Shown: positions 23,770 to 37,430, counted from the whole stretch's first letter. The stretch: 63,803 nucleotides of DNA, filler included, from Reticulomyxa filosa (GCA_000512085.1; 23 parts of 23 records of this genome joined end to end with filler, not necessarily neighbours in it), one strand, 5' to 3'. Notes: generated by a model not told the origin, from the letters alone. A program made the numbers and translations.

Positions 23770-25130
23770 NNNNNNNNNNNNNNNNNNNNNNNNNNNNNNN
23801 NNNNNNNNNNNNNTTAATTAATTAANNNNNNNNNNNNNNNNNNNNNNNNNNNNNNNNNNNNNNNNNNNNGATGTTGGAATACGGTGCCTTAAATTTATTG
23901 TATTAAAGAAGAAAGAGAATACAAAGAATGTTACATATGATTTGAATTTGTGTTATGGTTCACGTAAAGGTCTCATTCGTATTTGGGGATAATTTATTTT
24001 TTTGTCGAATAAGAAATGAAAGTGTTTTGTTTTTTTTTAAAAAGTTTGATTAAAAGAAAAGTAAAGTGATATTGGACTTGTTGAATTTGATTGAGCGCAA
24101 GCAGAAAGATTTGTTTTGTCTTACTTTGTTGTTTAAAAAATTGAAAAGCATAATTAATGAAAATTATATTCAAATATCAAAATAAATTTCAAGATATTTT
24201 AAATATTGTGTTTTCTTCATTGCAAATCACTATTAGATAAAGAGATCCTTCAATATTTTAGGAATGGTTCATCTTAAAATAACTCTCTTTCTAAGCTGTA
24301 GCTATATACAAAGCGAATATATCCTTTGTGATATGCTTTTACACCACTTGGGCATGTAAAATAAAAAATAAAAAAACATTATTTTAAACAATAATTTGAG
24401 AACAAACAAGTTCAATCTGGTGGGCAATTGATTGTTTCTGATATGATTACGAGCTTCTCTAACTTAACAAAATCGTACGCACGTTGAATAATGATGAAAC
24501 AAGAAAAATGATAAAAATAAAAGACAAAGTTATTATTATCTAAAACATCCTGATTTTCAAAAAACAATAAAAATGTGTACGTAATAAAAAATCAAAAAGT
24601 GTTCATGAATTTTTGTCTGATTTAATTGACAATCATTATTTAAAAAAGAATAGAAATTTCTTGTTACATATTTTTCTTTTGTCCATACAAAAATGAGTAA
24701 TCAAATATATTTATTACTCGTAAGTTTATTTATTTAGCGTATTCTTTTAACAAAATATGTATATTAAAACACCATATTCATTACATTGCTCCCATATCTT
24801 TAAAACAATCTCTTCAGCTATTTTGAGAAATGTTTGTTTAAGTTTTGTAAACATGATAAAGTAGACCTTTTTTAAATGTAAAAGTTTATAGTATTAAAAA
24901 CATTCTAAACTTTGAAAATAGTCTTATTAATTATAATCATGAAATTGTGTGATACAAATCATAATTTTGTTTTCCTAGACAAATCGTACACTTTTCTTTA
25001 GTTTAAGGATTACTTTTTTTCATGTACTTTNNNNNNNNNNNNNNNNNNNNNNNNNNNNNNNNNNNNNNNNNNNNTTAATTAATTAANNNNNNNNNNNNNN
25101 NNNNNNNNNNNNNNNNNNNNNNNNNNNNNN

Positions 25131-27657
25131 ATGGGGTTCCATGTTTATATATCCACTCGTTCAAGAAAGCAAGTGTTATTTCAATCGCCGTATTCGTTTT
25201 AAGGGGAATGGCGGATACATAGCGAGTGAATCGGTCCATTATAGTGAGTATATATTGATATCCACTATTGGTATGTGGCAATGGACCTACAATGTCAATG
25301 CATACCATTTGAAATGGTCTCTCCGCGGGGAAATGTTGGACTTCTCCCAAATTCTTATTGGGCACACTCTTTGCTGGACAAGTAAAACAGCGGGAGCAAA
25401 ATCTCTTTAAATCGTCACTCAATCACGGCCAATACAAACGTTTTCTGATTGTCGCAGCCATTCTTTGCGCTCATTGGTGCTGGGCTAATGCATGGTAATG
25501 GAAATACAGCATTACAGAATTCTTAATTGACTGTGGAACGATAGGTTTGTTGTCATATGTTAAGATGCCCATTTTATTCAAACCAATTTTATTTTGTTTC
25601 CATTTGACAGGTAAGTTAACATACTTTCGTATATGCTTGTTTTGATTATTGAAATATCTTTTTATAGATGCAATCAAGCTATCATTCTCTTATGCGTCAA
25701 TAAAATTATGTTTTTCAAACAGATCATCATAATCGTGGATCTCACTGCTAACAATAAATGCATTTTGAATCTGTGATATGGTATCATCGATATTTTTACT
25801 ATTGTTATGCACACTATTTGATCGATTGATTACCAACAATTTATTTGTTGTCAATGATGTCGGATGTCTAGATAAGAAGTCCGCAATTGTATTATCCCGT
25901 CCCGGAAAATATCTGGCTTCAAATGAAAATTCGCTCAATAATAATGCCCATCGAGATAATCGACTATTTACATTCTTTCCGGATAGTTTGAAGAGTGAGG
26001 ACAAATTTTTGTGATCGGTATATGCAATGAATTTCCGAAGAAGTAAGTAATGTCTCCATTTTTGTATTGCATATACCAAAGCATATAATTCTTTCTCTGA
26101 TGTGTGCCAATTTGATTGGTGAGCATTAAATTGTTTGAAATGAACTCTATAGGTACCAATGTGCCGTCGTGATTTTGCAGCAACGCCGCTCCAATTGCCT
26201 CGTTTGAAGCGTCGCATTGTACGATAAAACCTTCGTTTTGCTTGGGATGTCGTAGCAATCGAGTATTTGCTATTGCATCTCTTAATTGTTTGAATGCGTG
26301 TTCGTGAATATCTGTCCAGTTCCGTTTTGACTGCTTCCTTCGAAGTTTGTTTAACTCATTTGTCAATGCAGCTATGTTGGGAATAAAACGGCTATCCACT
26401 GGACTAGCCCTAACAGACGTTCCAATTGTTTTTTTGTCTTTGGCTTCGGTATGCTCAATACTTTGTTGATATATTTTGGATTGGCAGATACTCCTTTAGA
26501 AGATATCACTTGCCCCAAAAATATTAATTCGTGTTGGAAGAACTCACATTTGTCCATCGCAATACGTATATTATATTTATTGAATGTGCTGAATACATTG
26601 GATAGTACTTCGAGATACTTTTCTTCAGTCTCACTTGCCACCAAAATATCGTCAATGTACACATCCACATCGTCGGTGTCTCCAAATAGAGATGACATTA
26701 TCCGTTGAAACGTAGCAGGCGCATTTGTGAACCCAAACCCATTCTGTTCCACTCATATAGTCCGTTTGGTGTGATGAAGGCAGTCTTGTGCCTATCCGAT
26801 TCTTTTATTGGTACATGTAAGTACCCTGAACGAACGTCCAACTTTGAAAATACCAGTTTCGTCGACAATTTTTTCAGCAGATCATTAATGTTTGGTAATG
26901 GCCACTCGTCGCGGATTGTTACTTGGTTCAATTTCCGGTAATCGACGCACATGCGCAATGAACCCCCCTTCTTCTTTACCAACAGTACCGGAGCTGCAAA
27001 TTGGGATGAGCTTTTGCGAATGATCCCCTTCTGCTCCAATTCAGTGACTTGTCGCTTGACCTCCTCCTGGTATACTTTGTTCAATGGATATGGTTTATGT
27101 TTGATGCTTCGTTAGTGGCTTCAATTCTAACTTCATCTCCACTCCTGGTATTTGACCAATGTCAAATGCATTGTTGGAAGCGATATCTTTGTTATCATTT
27201 ATCAACTTATTCATACTGCATCGAACTTTTGGATTTGATATGCTGCCAATATTTGGTTTTGTATTATTATCATTGTACTTGCAAAGTTGAAGATTTACAT
27301 TATTCCCCATGAATTTGCCGTCCATGTTAATACCTACATCATGATCATGTTCATTTTGGGGCTTTGTGGTATCATCAATTATTTGAATATTTTTCTTTTC
27401 GTCGTTATCATTAGTGTCACTTTCTCGATCGTGTTCCGAAGATGAATCCAAGTATTGACTTTCCAGTATGGCATCCGATTGGAAATGCTCGAAACGTTCG
27501 TTCTCCAGCCGTAAAGCGTACCCTAACCGTCGTAATACGCTTCGTGATAGAATGAAGTTATGTGGAAGGTTTGGTACAATATAAAAGCTTTCTTTAAATG
27601 ATTTTGCATGTTTATTGTTTGCATCGCCAATAGTGAGGTCCAGCTTTTTTTGCAAAA
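25131..27657 (-). mobile_element. Ty3/gypsy LTR retrotransposon pol, decayed (PR-RT-RNaseH-IN)
   Basis: RT: LRMCVDYRKLN, FSKLDVRSGY, KTAFITP, YIDDILV. RNase H: CDAS, EKELYAL, TDHKNL, NTIADFLSR. Integrase: HHCC, PFQMVCIDIVGPLP. Domain order is gypsy-type; at least 4 frameshifts and 3 in-frame stops. Confidence 0.95.
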
Positions 27658-27757
27658 NNNNNNNNNNNNNNNNNNNNNNNNNNNNNNNNNNNNNNNNNNN
27701 NTTAATTAATTAANNNNNNNNNNNNNNNNNNNNNNNNNNNNNNNNNNNNNNNNNNNN

Positions 27758-27907
27758 TATGTCAATGATCGCTTCCAATACATCGTTCGCATGTGTTGGT
27801 AAAGTGGTTTGAAGGACTTGCTGCTTCAAGTGTTCCAGTGTCAAAACTGGTAACATTATCGTATGTGGCTTCCCTCCAACAGTCACAAAGGCCTTAAACA
27901 AAGACAT
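27758..27907 (-). CDS. N-terminus of a hypothetical protein (PB1/ubiquitin-like), 3' partial
   Basis: MSLFKAFVTVGGKPHTIMLPVLTLEHLKQQV has a beta-beta-alpha pattern; the ATG is preceded by an AT-rich leader. Confidence 0.45.
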
Positions 27908-28899
27908 TTGTCTAAAAGCTATTAAATTGAATTTCCTAAAAAGTTTAATTTGTTCAAAATAGTTTTAGAACCAAAAACTTTCGCTCCAAATTTACATAAA
28001 TGAAAACTGTTTACTGAAAAAATATAAATTAATTTGAATGCTGCTTTTTGTTTTTAAGAAGATAATACAAGCATTTTGCTTTTCACTTCCTCTTCCTCAT
28101 ATTTCGTCTATCCCATACAACATATCTCTTCGTGTTATTCAAACTTTTTAACTTGAACAAATTAAGAAAATTAAATATTTTTCAAGAGAAAGTCAAATAT
28201 CTATAAGGTGACATTGATGTTAAATTTTTTGTGTTCTACCGTAAGAAATTCAGTTTATTCAATATTATTTGGGAAGAGCACATTATGAAAATAATCCAAT
28301 AAATGTTAAAATAAAATATTGAAAATGTTAAGTTGCAGAATTATATATTTACAAGAGCATGAAATATCCAATTATGAAATATTATTGTATTGTGAAAAAT
28401 ATATGACATTAGAATTTGGCTGTAATCAAGGCTATTCTGTCCTCTCAGAAACTCACGCCAAGAGGACTAATTATCCACTTTATACAAAGATATTGTACCT
28501 AAATTTTGGTTATTGATAATGAAAATACTTTTGTTGACAAGAAAAAAAAGACAATAAACAAAGGAACGCACATGCATTCCTTCTTCGACACTAAACATTC
28601 AATTAAAGAGATTTCGTTAATTACCAATAATAGACATGTGATCTTTGTACAACATACGTATAAATGAAATTTTGAAAGCATTTTCATGTACAATATCAGG
28701 CCACTTTCATTATATTCACGACCTGTAATTAACATTTTTTTAATTAGTTTTTAATGTGAAATTCGTCCTATTTTTAAACTTGTCAAGAATATGATGCCAA
28801 ATTTTTTCATGGCATACGTTCAATTAGATAAGTTAAGCCCAAAATATCGCTTCTACTTTGTGCTTCACCACCAATAAATGCATCTTTTCTTGTCAATAC

Positions 28900-29150
28900 A
28901 ATATATTGCAAAAAAACTGTCATACTTAAATGGCACATCTGAAAATTGATTTTCTTCATGAAAAATAAACATTTAACACTAATTTTTAAAAATATATCAA
29001 ATTTGTAGTTTTTAAATATGAAATTGGTTTTATAATAACTTTTTCATATGCTAACCAAAAACATCTCTTCTTCATATAATTTCTCAATTTCGCAGTAACG
29101 CACGTAAATCGTCGCCATGAAGAAATTTTTTAATTTTTTTGTTTCTTTTT
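28900..29150 (+). repeat. Dispersed AT-rich repeat, copy C
   Basis: TTGCAAAAAAACTG..TAAATGGCAC..GATTTTCTTCATGAAAAATAAA..core 29003-29033..AAGAAATTTTT, collinear with copy A. Confidence 0.8.
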
Positions 29151-29912
29151 ATGGATCTTCAAGTCACGCATATACTTTTTAAAAAGAATTAGCCTTGTAT
29201 CTTTCGAAGTTTTTAAAATTAGCAGTAAAATTTAATTATTTTTTTTTTGAGTTTTTGAAAAATTGATTTATCAAATCTAACTCTTATTTTGACAATATTT
29301 TTATGAATTTTATATTGGCTTCATTTTATCTTGCAGACTTTTGAACCAAAGCAAGCCAAATTATTGTTTGCCTTTACCAAGCCTTGATTTTGATTTTGAC
29401 ATTATCTTTTAAATTATTGTTCCACACAATTTTATTTCATCAAAAAAATATCATTTTTTACAACAAGGATCTTGTATCAATACTATTTATTTAATTTTTA
29501 TTGTTACACAAAACCTGAGGTAGTAACATGTACAAAAAAAGAGAGCAGAAAATAATTCTAGAACTAAGTCAAGTTTTACAATTTCAAGCAAAAAGTTTTT
29601 TCTTTTTTTAAGAATCGCTCTTTGATCAAAAATGAAAAACCAACTTTTTTTTGCAATCAATACCAAACTTCAACTATGCAACGAGCATTCTCCAGCATAA
29701 ACTCTCCCCCTTTCAAAAGAAGTAAACAATATACGGACATATACAAAAAAATCTATGAAAACTTGTTGTGCATTTTTTTTCATTTTCGATCAGTTTTTTT
29801 GTGTGTTGTTTGAAACATGACTCAAAAAAAAACGAAAAAAGAAAGGGGGGGGGGGGGGTTAAAATGAAAAAAAAAGCGGTCAATCCATTGGCTATATTAA
29901 TTTGAGTTTGTG

Positions 29913-30221
29913 TTATGGCGTGGATTGTTGCCGTGCTTCAGAAGATTCTCTCGGTTCATTTTCGGAATTGCTGTTGTTGGCCTCATCATTTTCATTGTTT
30001 TTTTCAGTACCAGTGTCATTACCATTATCATTAGTGTCATTGCCATTAGTTTCATTATCATCGTCATCGTCATCATAGTCATCATCATCATCGTCACTCT
30101 CAAGATGATCATCATCTCCATGTTCGTGGTCTTCATCACTAGAGCTGAACTTGTTCCAATCACTGTCGCTGACCCCATCGTCTGTATCTGATTCGTCTGG
30201 TCCTTGATCCTGGAGTTGCAA
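29913..30221 (-). CDS. Acidic low-complexity C-terminal exon of an unknown protein
   Basis: Asp/Asn-rich ORF downstream of an (AT)n intron-like stretch, ending in TAA. Confidence 0.5.
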   Translation of the reverse strand: MQLQDQGPDESDTDDGVSDSDWNKFSSSDEDHEHGDDDHLESDDDDDDYDDDDDDNETNGNDTNDNGNDTGTEKNNENDEANNSNSENEPRESSEARQQSTP

Positions 30222-30274
30222 AAACGTAATAAAATGAATATGAATTATATTTATACATTATACATATATACATA

Positions 30275-30329
<55 letters not shown>

Positions 30330-30439
30330 ATAAATAAAANNNNNNNNNNNNNNNNNNNNNNNNNNNNNNNNNNNNNNNNNNNNTTAATTAATTAANNNNN
30401 NNNNNNNNNNNNNNNNNNNNNNNNNNNNNNNNNNNNNNN

Positions 30440-30476
<37 letters not shown>

Positions 30477-30509
30477 ACAAGACAATGGAAAAACACATAA
30501 GAATAGAAT

Positions 30510-31643
30510 TCGGAGTATTCGGCCGAATAAAAAAATGAAATCCAACGTCGTGGATTTGGTGAAATTGGGCCAATGGCTGGAAAATGAATTGTTTCAAGAC
30601 AAATCAAAGAAAGCGATTGAGCTGTGGAAGTTGGCAGATATCCATCGCAAAGATTGTCTGGATTGGAACGAAGTGAATACACTTATCGAACATTGTGTAT
30701 GTGATTATGTCGAGTCCAAGCATCACATCGATTGCAGGGATATGGTCGTCGTCGACGTGGAGCGAGCCATTGAGCAAATTATCTTCCACATTATCCCTTA
30801 TTTCTGTGAATTGCATCATATCACCGAGGCCAACACGCCTATTGTGCATTTGCCACAATTTACTTTCCAAGATTTTTGTAAGCTCGGATTGTGGTTGCAA
30901 GATGTATTTTTTTTTTTTTTGTTCACATTGCTTATTATTTAAACATATGTGTATACATACATAATACATACACATATATACGTATACTGAACTCAATTGC
31001 AAAAAAAAAAAAAAAAAAAAAAGAAATTGAGGAAATGGAATTGGATGATGAATTAGACGATTCAATGTATCACTTCGATCTAAACTACAAAGACTTTAGT
31101 CGTTTTGTGTTGACCCGAAAAGACTTTATTTGGCGCAAAATCGTCGCAGACACACTCTCCTTACTAAATACAGACTTTGTCGCCACGGATTGCAATGGGA
31201 ATCGGATGCAACACTGCGACCATCCTGACCAGCCTTTCGAAAGTGCCAGTGTCACGCCTATGAGTGATGGCGAGGGAGCCACCGAGAATGCGCACGAGTC
31301 TCAGAATCAAAAGAATAATCCAACCACATCCTGTGTCTATAAAACGAAAGGCACGGACCTCAATCCATCTCACGCGAACACCTCTGCAGAATACAAGGGC
31401 TTCAAGCAAAAGTATTTGAAACCCATCTTATGTCAAATCATCAGACATTACGGAATGTTAGGATTGGGAAATGAGTACATTGATGAGTTGAAAGAAGACA
31501 TTCAAAATTCAGCCAAAGATTTGGTTCGAATTTATCGTCAAAAAAAATCTATTGACGACCAAAATCGTTGTGCTAAGTACGGACACTATATTCACAATGA
31601 TCACTTCTTTCAATTTATTCAAGCTTTACAACAGCTCTCATGA
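30510..31643 (+). CDS. Unknown helical/EF-hand-like repeat protein, paralog A (5' partial)
   Basis: Exons ~30510-30903 and ~31032-31643; collinear similarity to the gene at 43272-46003. Confidence 0.65.
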
Positions 31644-34125
31644 CATCTTTTTTTTTTTTTTTTTTTCTCCTCTTTCTTTGTTTCTTTACAAAGAATATAT
31701 TTTTAATTTCAAATAACAAAAAAAAAAAAAAAAACAAAAACCTGTATGTAGATTATATACAAATTTTACTTGAATAATCACATTTTCCTTTTTTTTTTTA
31801 AATTTGTGGTTTATGTTTTTTATTTGACACGTTTCTTTCTTGTCTTGTTTACTTGTTTTTTTGTTGCTAACTTTTTTTATCTTTCTTTTTTTTTTTTCTT
31901 CTTACATCTATTTTTTGCCATGTTGTCTAGTGTACAAACAATTGGTGATTACTTCTGTGTTGCGTATGTTTTTGGCGAGCAAGTATTGAGATAGGTACTT
32001 TTTTTACGTATGTTTGTATTTTTTTTTTTCCCACGTTCTCTTATCTTTTCAAGTAAACATTATTTTTTCCAATCTTAATTCTCTCTTTTGTTTCTCCCGT
32101 GTACACTTTTTATCTGACAGGAAGGTATTTGGTATTTCAACAAAAACGACGAATATTCAATGTTTGCAAGAATAACAGCTTACTGTACAGTAAAAGCTGC
32201 TGCCAACAAGTGTAACAAAAGCCTTGAGGGTATCCTAGAGGTTTTTCATTCTGCATCTTACATGAAAGGCGGTAAATAATGTCACAAGGCCAAGATGTAA
32301 AAAGTAAAGAAAAGGGTAAAATTGGTCGGCGTTTATTTAACATTCCAGCCGCAGAGGAATTTTTGGAAGGTTTGGTTTGTGTGTTTTTGTTTAAACAATT
32401 GGATTGGTTGTTTTAACAGTTGGAATAATTGTTTGCAATGAACAAAACAAGCATATGAATGCGCATTGAAGACGACGATAATCGGAAAGGCAGGATTGCT
32501 TTGGATTTTCGCAGAACACATAGCATTTTATTCCAATTTGTTTGGTTCTGAAGAAAAAGTTGACTTGTAGAAAAAAAAAAAAAAAAAAAAAAAACGGCAA
32601 ACAAACTAAATCACTGAGAAAAAAATGTAAANNNNNNNNNNNNNNNNNNNNNNNNNNNNNNNNNNNNNNNNNNNNTTAATTAATTAANNNNNNNNNNNNN
32701 NNNNNNNNNNNNNNNNNNNNNNNNNNNNNNNAAAAGAGTTGTATTTCACTATCGATGTGAAATTATACGTTATTTGTATCATATTGTCAGTGACTGTAAA
32801 TATGTATTAGCCGAGGCAATGTGAACATGGATCTTTTCGTTGTGGAGTGATTTTTTTTAGCTTTGGATAGATAAAAAATTAATGAAAGTGGAAGAAAAAA
32901 ATAAGAAGTGAAACATAAATATAGTCGGACTATTTCAAGCAGTACGACAAGCAGCAATAATTGTGTGAAAAAAAACGAAGTATCAGTGCAAAGAGGTGTG
33001 AATCTATCATGTGAAGTAAGTCATTTGTCCGCATCTACACAGAGGCAATTCGGATGAATAGGACCAACAGAATAAATTCATTGGATGTGCATGGACACAC
33101 TTCAGCGATGCAAGTTGGTATGCTGTCCGTGTTGGTTTGATGGAAGATATAAAACTTGTGATATGTCACAATTCAATTGGTCAATACAAAATTTACTCAA
33201 AGTCATTAAGTTAAAAATCATTTGTTTTTTGTCTTTCATTCTAAGTAATTTGTTTTCTCTCTAGTTAAAAAAATATTTTATATTTGATTAATGTAAAACG
33301 TATAGCATCAAGAAGTAGAAAGAGAGAATAATAGCGGTCTGTCAATTTATTACGATGAAAGAGATCTGATTGTGTGATCATCTGTTTAAAATGCATTGGC
33401 ACACATATTTGATCGATAATCCGCAAAAACAAGAACTTACGCGTACCAGCACAGACACAGCCAGCGGAAAAAAAAAGTAGGTTGACAAGCGCACGAACTT
33501 AAAAAAGGGCCATTGGAATTTGAGTGAAGACATTGCTATTGGCTACATTGTCGATGTGTGCACGAAATTGATTGAAATGTGGCTGTGGCTGTGCGAGACA
33601 GTTCATTTGTGACTGTGTGTAAGTGTACCAAATTGGGATGCCGTCAACTGTGAGCTGAAAATAAAAAGTCTTATCCGGGTTGATTTAGTTGACCGTCATG
33701 TTGAAGTATTTGTTATGACTGAACTTCTAAAAAAAAGCTTGGGTTAGAGTTGAAAATGTATATCCTTTTTTTATGTTTTTAATTTAACAATTTTATTCAT
33801 TTTTCCAATTGTTTGATATTTTTAAAATTTTCTGTAATTTCAACTTTTTTTCAAATTTTAAAACATTGAAACAAAACACTTTTTGTAATTATATCATTCA
33901 ATAGGTAATCTTCTTCAGCTGTTGTTGTTAGCATCAGGACTCACCTTGAAAAATTATTCGATTTATAGCATAGAAAGAAAGAAAACGCTAAGTGTTTTAA
34001 GTTTTTTCCAAGTTATGCGGAAATGTTTTTGGTTATTAAGTAAAAATCATTTATATATTTATATACACATGTATATAATAAATGAATAAGCATGTTTCTA
34101 TTGTATAACGTGTACAAAAAAAAAG

Positions 34126-34358
34126 GCGCGCCAGGAGTGGCAAAATAGCGACAGTTGTATTAAGTCCAGAAATGCCGCAGCTGGAGTTCCCACACAAAAT
34201 CGTGTCCGTGGTGATGCCCGAACAAAACACCAAAGCAATGGCGCAAAGATGTGCACACGACGTTCCCAAGTTCAAAATCGAAACAATGACTCATCAAATC
34301 TTTCGAGAAATGCTTCAAAATGGAACATGTATTCCGACTATTCAACACGTTTTGCAAG
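34126..34358 (+). CDS. Internal exon of a hypothetical protein
   Basis: GC-richer open stretch between an AAAAAG acceptor and a GT donor followed by (TA)n. Confidence 0.35.
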
Positions 34359-34610
34359 TTGGAGTTTCGATACAATTATAAATATGCAAATACATATACA
34401 TATNNNNNNNNNNNNNNNNNNNNNNNNNNNNNNNNNNNNNNNNNNNNTTAATTAATTAANNNNNNNNNNNNNNNNNNNNNNNNNNNNNNNNNNNNNNNNN
34501 NNNAATTCAAACCCTTTCGGTTCCAACAAAAGGGTGCATAAAAAAAATAAATGTAAGCGCAAAATCGCAACGTTTGTAAATAATTTGTTGGGAATAAACC
34601 TTTAGAATAG

Positions 34611-36383
34611 CCAACTTGCCTTTGTTGGAAGAAATCAATCGTCGGATCGATATTCACACAAACGGACTCAAAGAATTGAAAGCATGGTTGAAACAATCGC
34701 CATTTCCAGTTTGTAACTTATTAGATACAATCGAGTACCAATGTGAACTGACAAAGCAGTACTTCTCCGAGTTTCGTATTTTGGTGAATCACAAAATGAA
34801 ATTCGAAGATGCGCGACGATATTATATGGCGGGGACGCCGATGAACGACCCCAAGGTCCAATGTTTGATGGAAGAGCGCTTTTGTTTCTGTCGAGCCCAT
34901 TATTTCAACAAAAAAGATAATGACATGACAGTGGAACAAAATGGCAACGACGAAGGCGTCGCCAGAGGTCTCTTGGCGGCGAACAACGACGCCAGTCCAA
35001 TATCCATACCACGTGATCTGCTGTGTTGTCACCTTTGTCAAGAATGGTTCCACGAGGACTGCGCTTTGGGGATCGTGGACTTGGGTAGCGTCAATCGCAA
35101 AAAGCGCGAATTTAAGTGCGGTCGTTGCCATTTCTTGCAGGGAATGGCAAAAGTAAGTATCGACAATTCCAAAAATGCGCCTTTAGAATGGAGGCCGGTT
35201 CCGATTACTTTGCACAATTTGAAAAAAGTTTTTTATTTATTTATTTGTTGTTGTTTGTTGCTATTCTCTTATTTCTAATTCTTTTTTTTCAAAGATATGT
35301 GCCGAGTTTAAATCCAGTTTAATTGTCTCTCCAGAATTGAAAGCGTTGCAAAAACTACTCTCCATTGTGTGCAGATACCAACAGTTTGGGAGAGAGCTGT
35401 TCAACTTGATTGATGATTCATTGAACATGTCTCAAATTGCTGTCATGCGTTAATATTCCATTTTTATTGCTTCGGTCAAATCTATATACTATACTAGGAT
35501 CAATCAATCTTTTTTTTTTAAAAAAAAAGAATATCTAATTGACGTGGGCGAAATTTGTGGCGTGCTGACCCCTGAGCTATGCGCCATGAAGTGTTGGATG
35601 TCGTGCTACAGAAACAATGGAAACGCAGGTTCACAAGAGGATAACATTCGGACTCTATCTATGTATGAGCTACCTGAGGACATTTTTTCCTTTATTGTGC
35701 TGAGATCCAATGCCAATGACGTCTCTCGTGCTGATGCACATCTCGCGACGGAGCAAAAGGATGTCGTAAACGAAGAGGACAAACTCCGCGTTCCGAGTGT
35801 CATTTACGCCACGGTAGAGGCGACAAAAGAGTCATTGGCAAAAGCAAGGGAGTGCTTCTTGCAGATGTGGCCACAATTGGCTCTTATTCGATCGTTGGGG
35901 TATCACTACGCGTTACGTGTGATTATACTTCTTTCAAACATTATACCACATGTTCCAACATATACAAATCACTTGAATTGCGATTTTTTTTAATGTGCAA
36001 ATTTTTGTCAAATGGTTAGATCACAAATGCGGCGGAAAACAAAAACACCCAAAATGGTACGAAAAATTCTCCACTCTTTGGACTTTGTGTACAAACGCGA
36101 CATGCTACAAATCGAAGAAGAAGAGTTTAAGAAACGACGACACGTACTCGAAACAGAAAGCGAAAGGAAAACAAACGCGGCAGTGTTGGAAGAAGAGTGG
36201 ATGGAGTACATTAACAAATCAACCAAAATTAAAAAAAACGAAAAAGTCAGTTTTCAACCCAAATATCAAGCTAAAATTGAAGCGTTTATGGAACGCGTTA
36301 TAAATGAGCAGAGAAACTGTTCTATAAGAATTTTGTCAATGTGGAGTGCTGTGTCTTTGCTCAAGGCATTAAAAGAGGGATAA
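34611..36383 (+). CDS. PHD-finger protein, KDM5/JARID1-like C-terminal region (5' partial, spliced)
   Basis: PHD: FCFCR..LLCCHLCQEWFHEDCA..FKCGRC. It is followed by RPVPITLHNLKK|..SPELKALQKLL, as in KDM5-type proteins. Confidence 0.6.
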
Positions 36384-36817
36384 CAAAACTTATCCAAGGA
36401 ATACTAAACTCTCTGCCTACAAGTGTCCAGACATAGCCAAATTCAACAAAAAACAAGTAACATACCTTTCACGCTTTAATTTTCTTTAATGAGCTTTCCA
36501 TAAATGGAACAATTGTTGATTGACAAACGCAATTAATTACAAATTTTTTTCAATTTCGTTCTTTTGCTATAGAATTCATAATTGTAAGACTAGCAGCATT
36601 TAATAGCACAAAAATCTTAAGAAAAATCTAGTGCAATATTTAAGATTGATAAATATATTATAAAGAAAATTAAAATGACCTATAATATACACATTGAATG
36701 AATTCCAGTCACTCAGAATTGATGAAATTACTTTCGAAAAAATTGAAAGTTCCATATGAAGAACAAGCCTTGTTGTAAAAGCAAATATTAAATTCTAGCA
36801 GTCTTAAATACAGATTT

Positions 36818-37430
36818 TTGACAGATGATTGTCGTACTCTTTCATCACAAAGTCTTCCAAATAAAACTTTTAATGATAACTTAATGCCATGTGTTCTTCC
36901 TTACTCTTTGCATATTGAATTGGCCAAGTATCCGATTTCCTTTATCGTGCATGCGGCTTATTGCAATGTGAAAACCTTTTTTTGTTTTCTTTATTTGGAG
37001 GAAATAGACATACATTGATGATAAAATATGTAAGTATTTGGAGTAATATATTAGATATATCAAATAATTACAATAAATGGATTCCTTTCATAGACAATCA
37101 CAATCATCCAATTATTATTGGAAGAGATCAAAATTACAATTATGTCGGAGTACGTGCAAAAATATTCAATTAAAGAAAATAAATGGACATTATTTCAAAA
37201 TACTTTACATAGTCCATTGTCTAATTGTGTTGCAATATTGAATGAAGGAGACAAAGTGTGTATATGTGATCCTTCAAAGTTGGTAATAATTTGTTATTTA
37301 TTTATTTTGATTAAATATGAATAGTTTGTATTGCGTGAAATAATGAACAGTCAAAAAATATATAATTGATTATTCAATATTGGATTCGAATTTCAGAAAT
37401 AAAATTAAATGGATACTTAATTTGTTACGT
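36818..37430 (+). pseudogene. Decayed Kelch-like repeat gene with C-terminal W-x-R motif
   Basis: NKWIPFIDNHNHPIIIGR..YVGVRA, KYSIKENKWTLFQNTLHSPLSNCVAILN, LIIQYWIRISEIKL; many frameshifts. Confidence 0.6.

Noticed and set aside
25420-25475. UGA read as Gly or Sec (alternative genetic code)
   Set aside because: Occurs in a frameshifted retroelement; host genes terminate at TGA (e.g. 31643, 6653) and use TGG for Trp.
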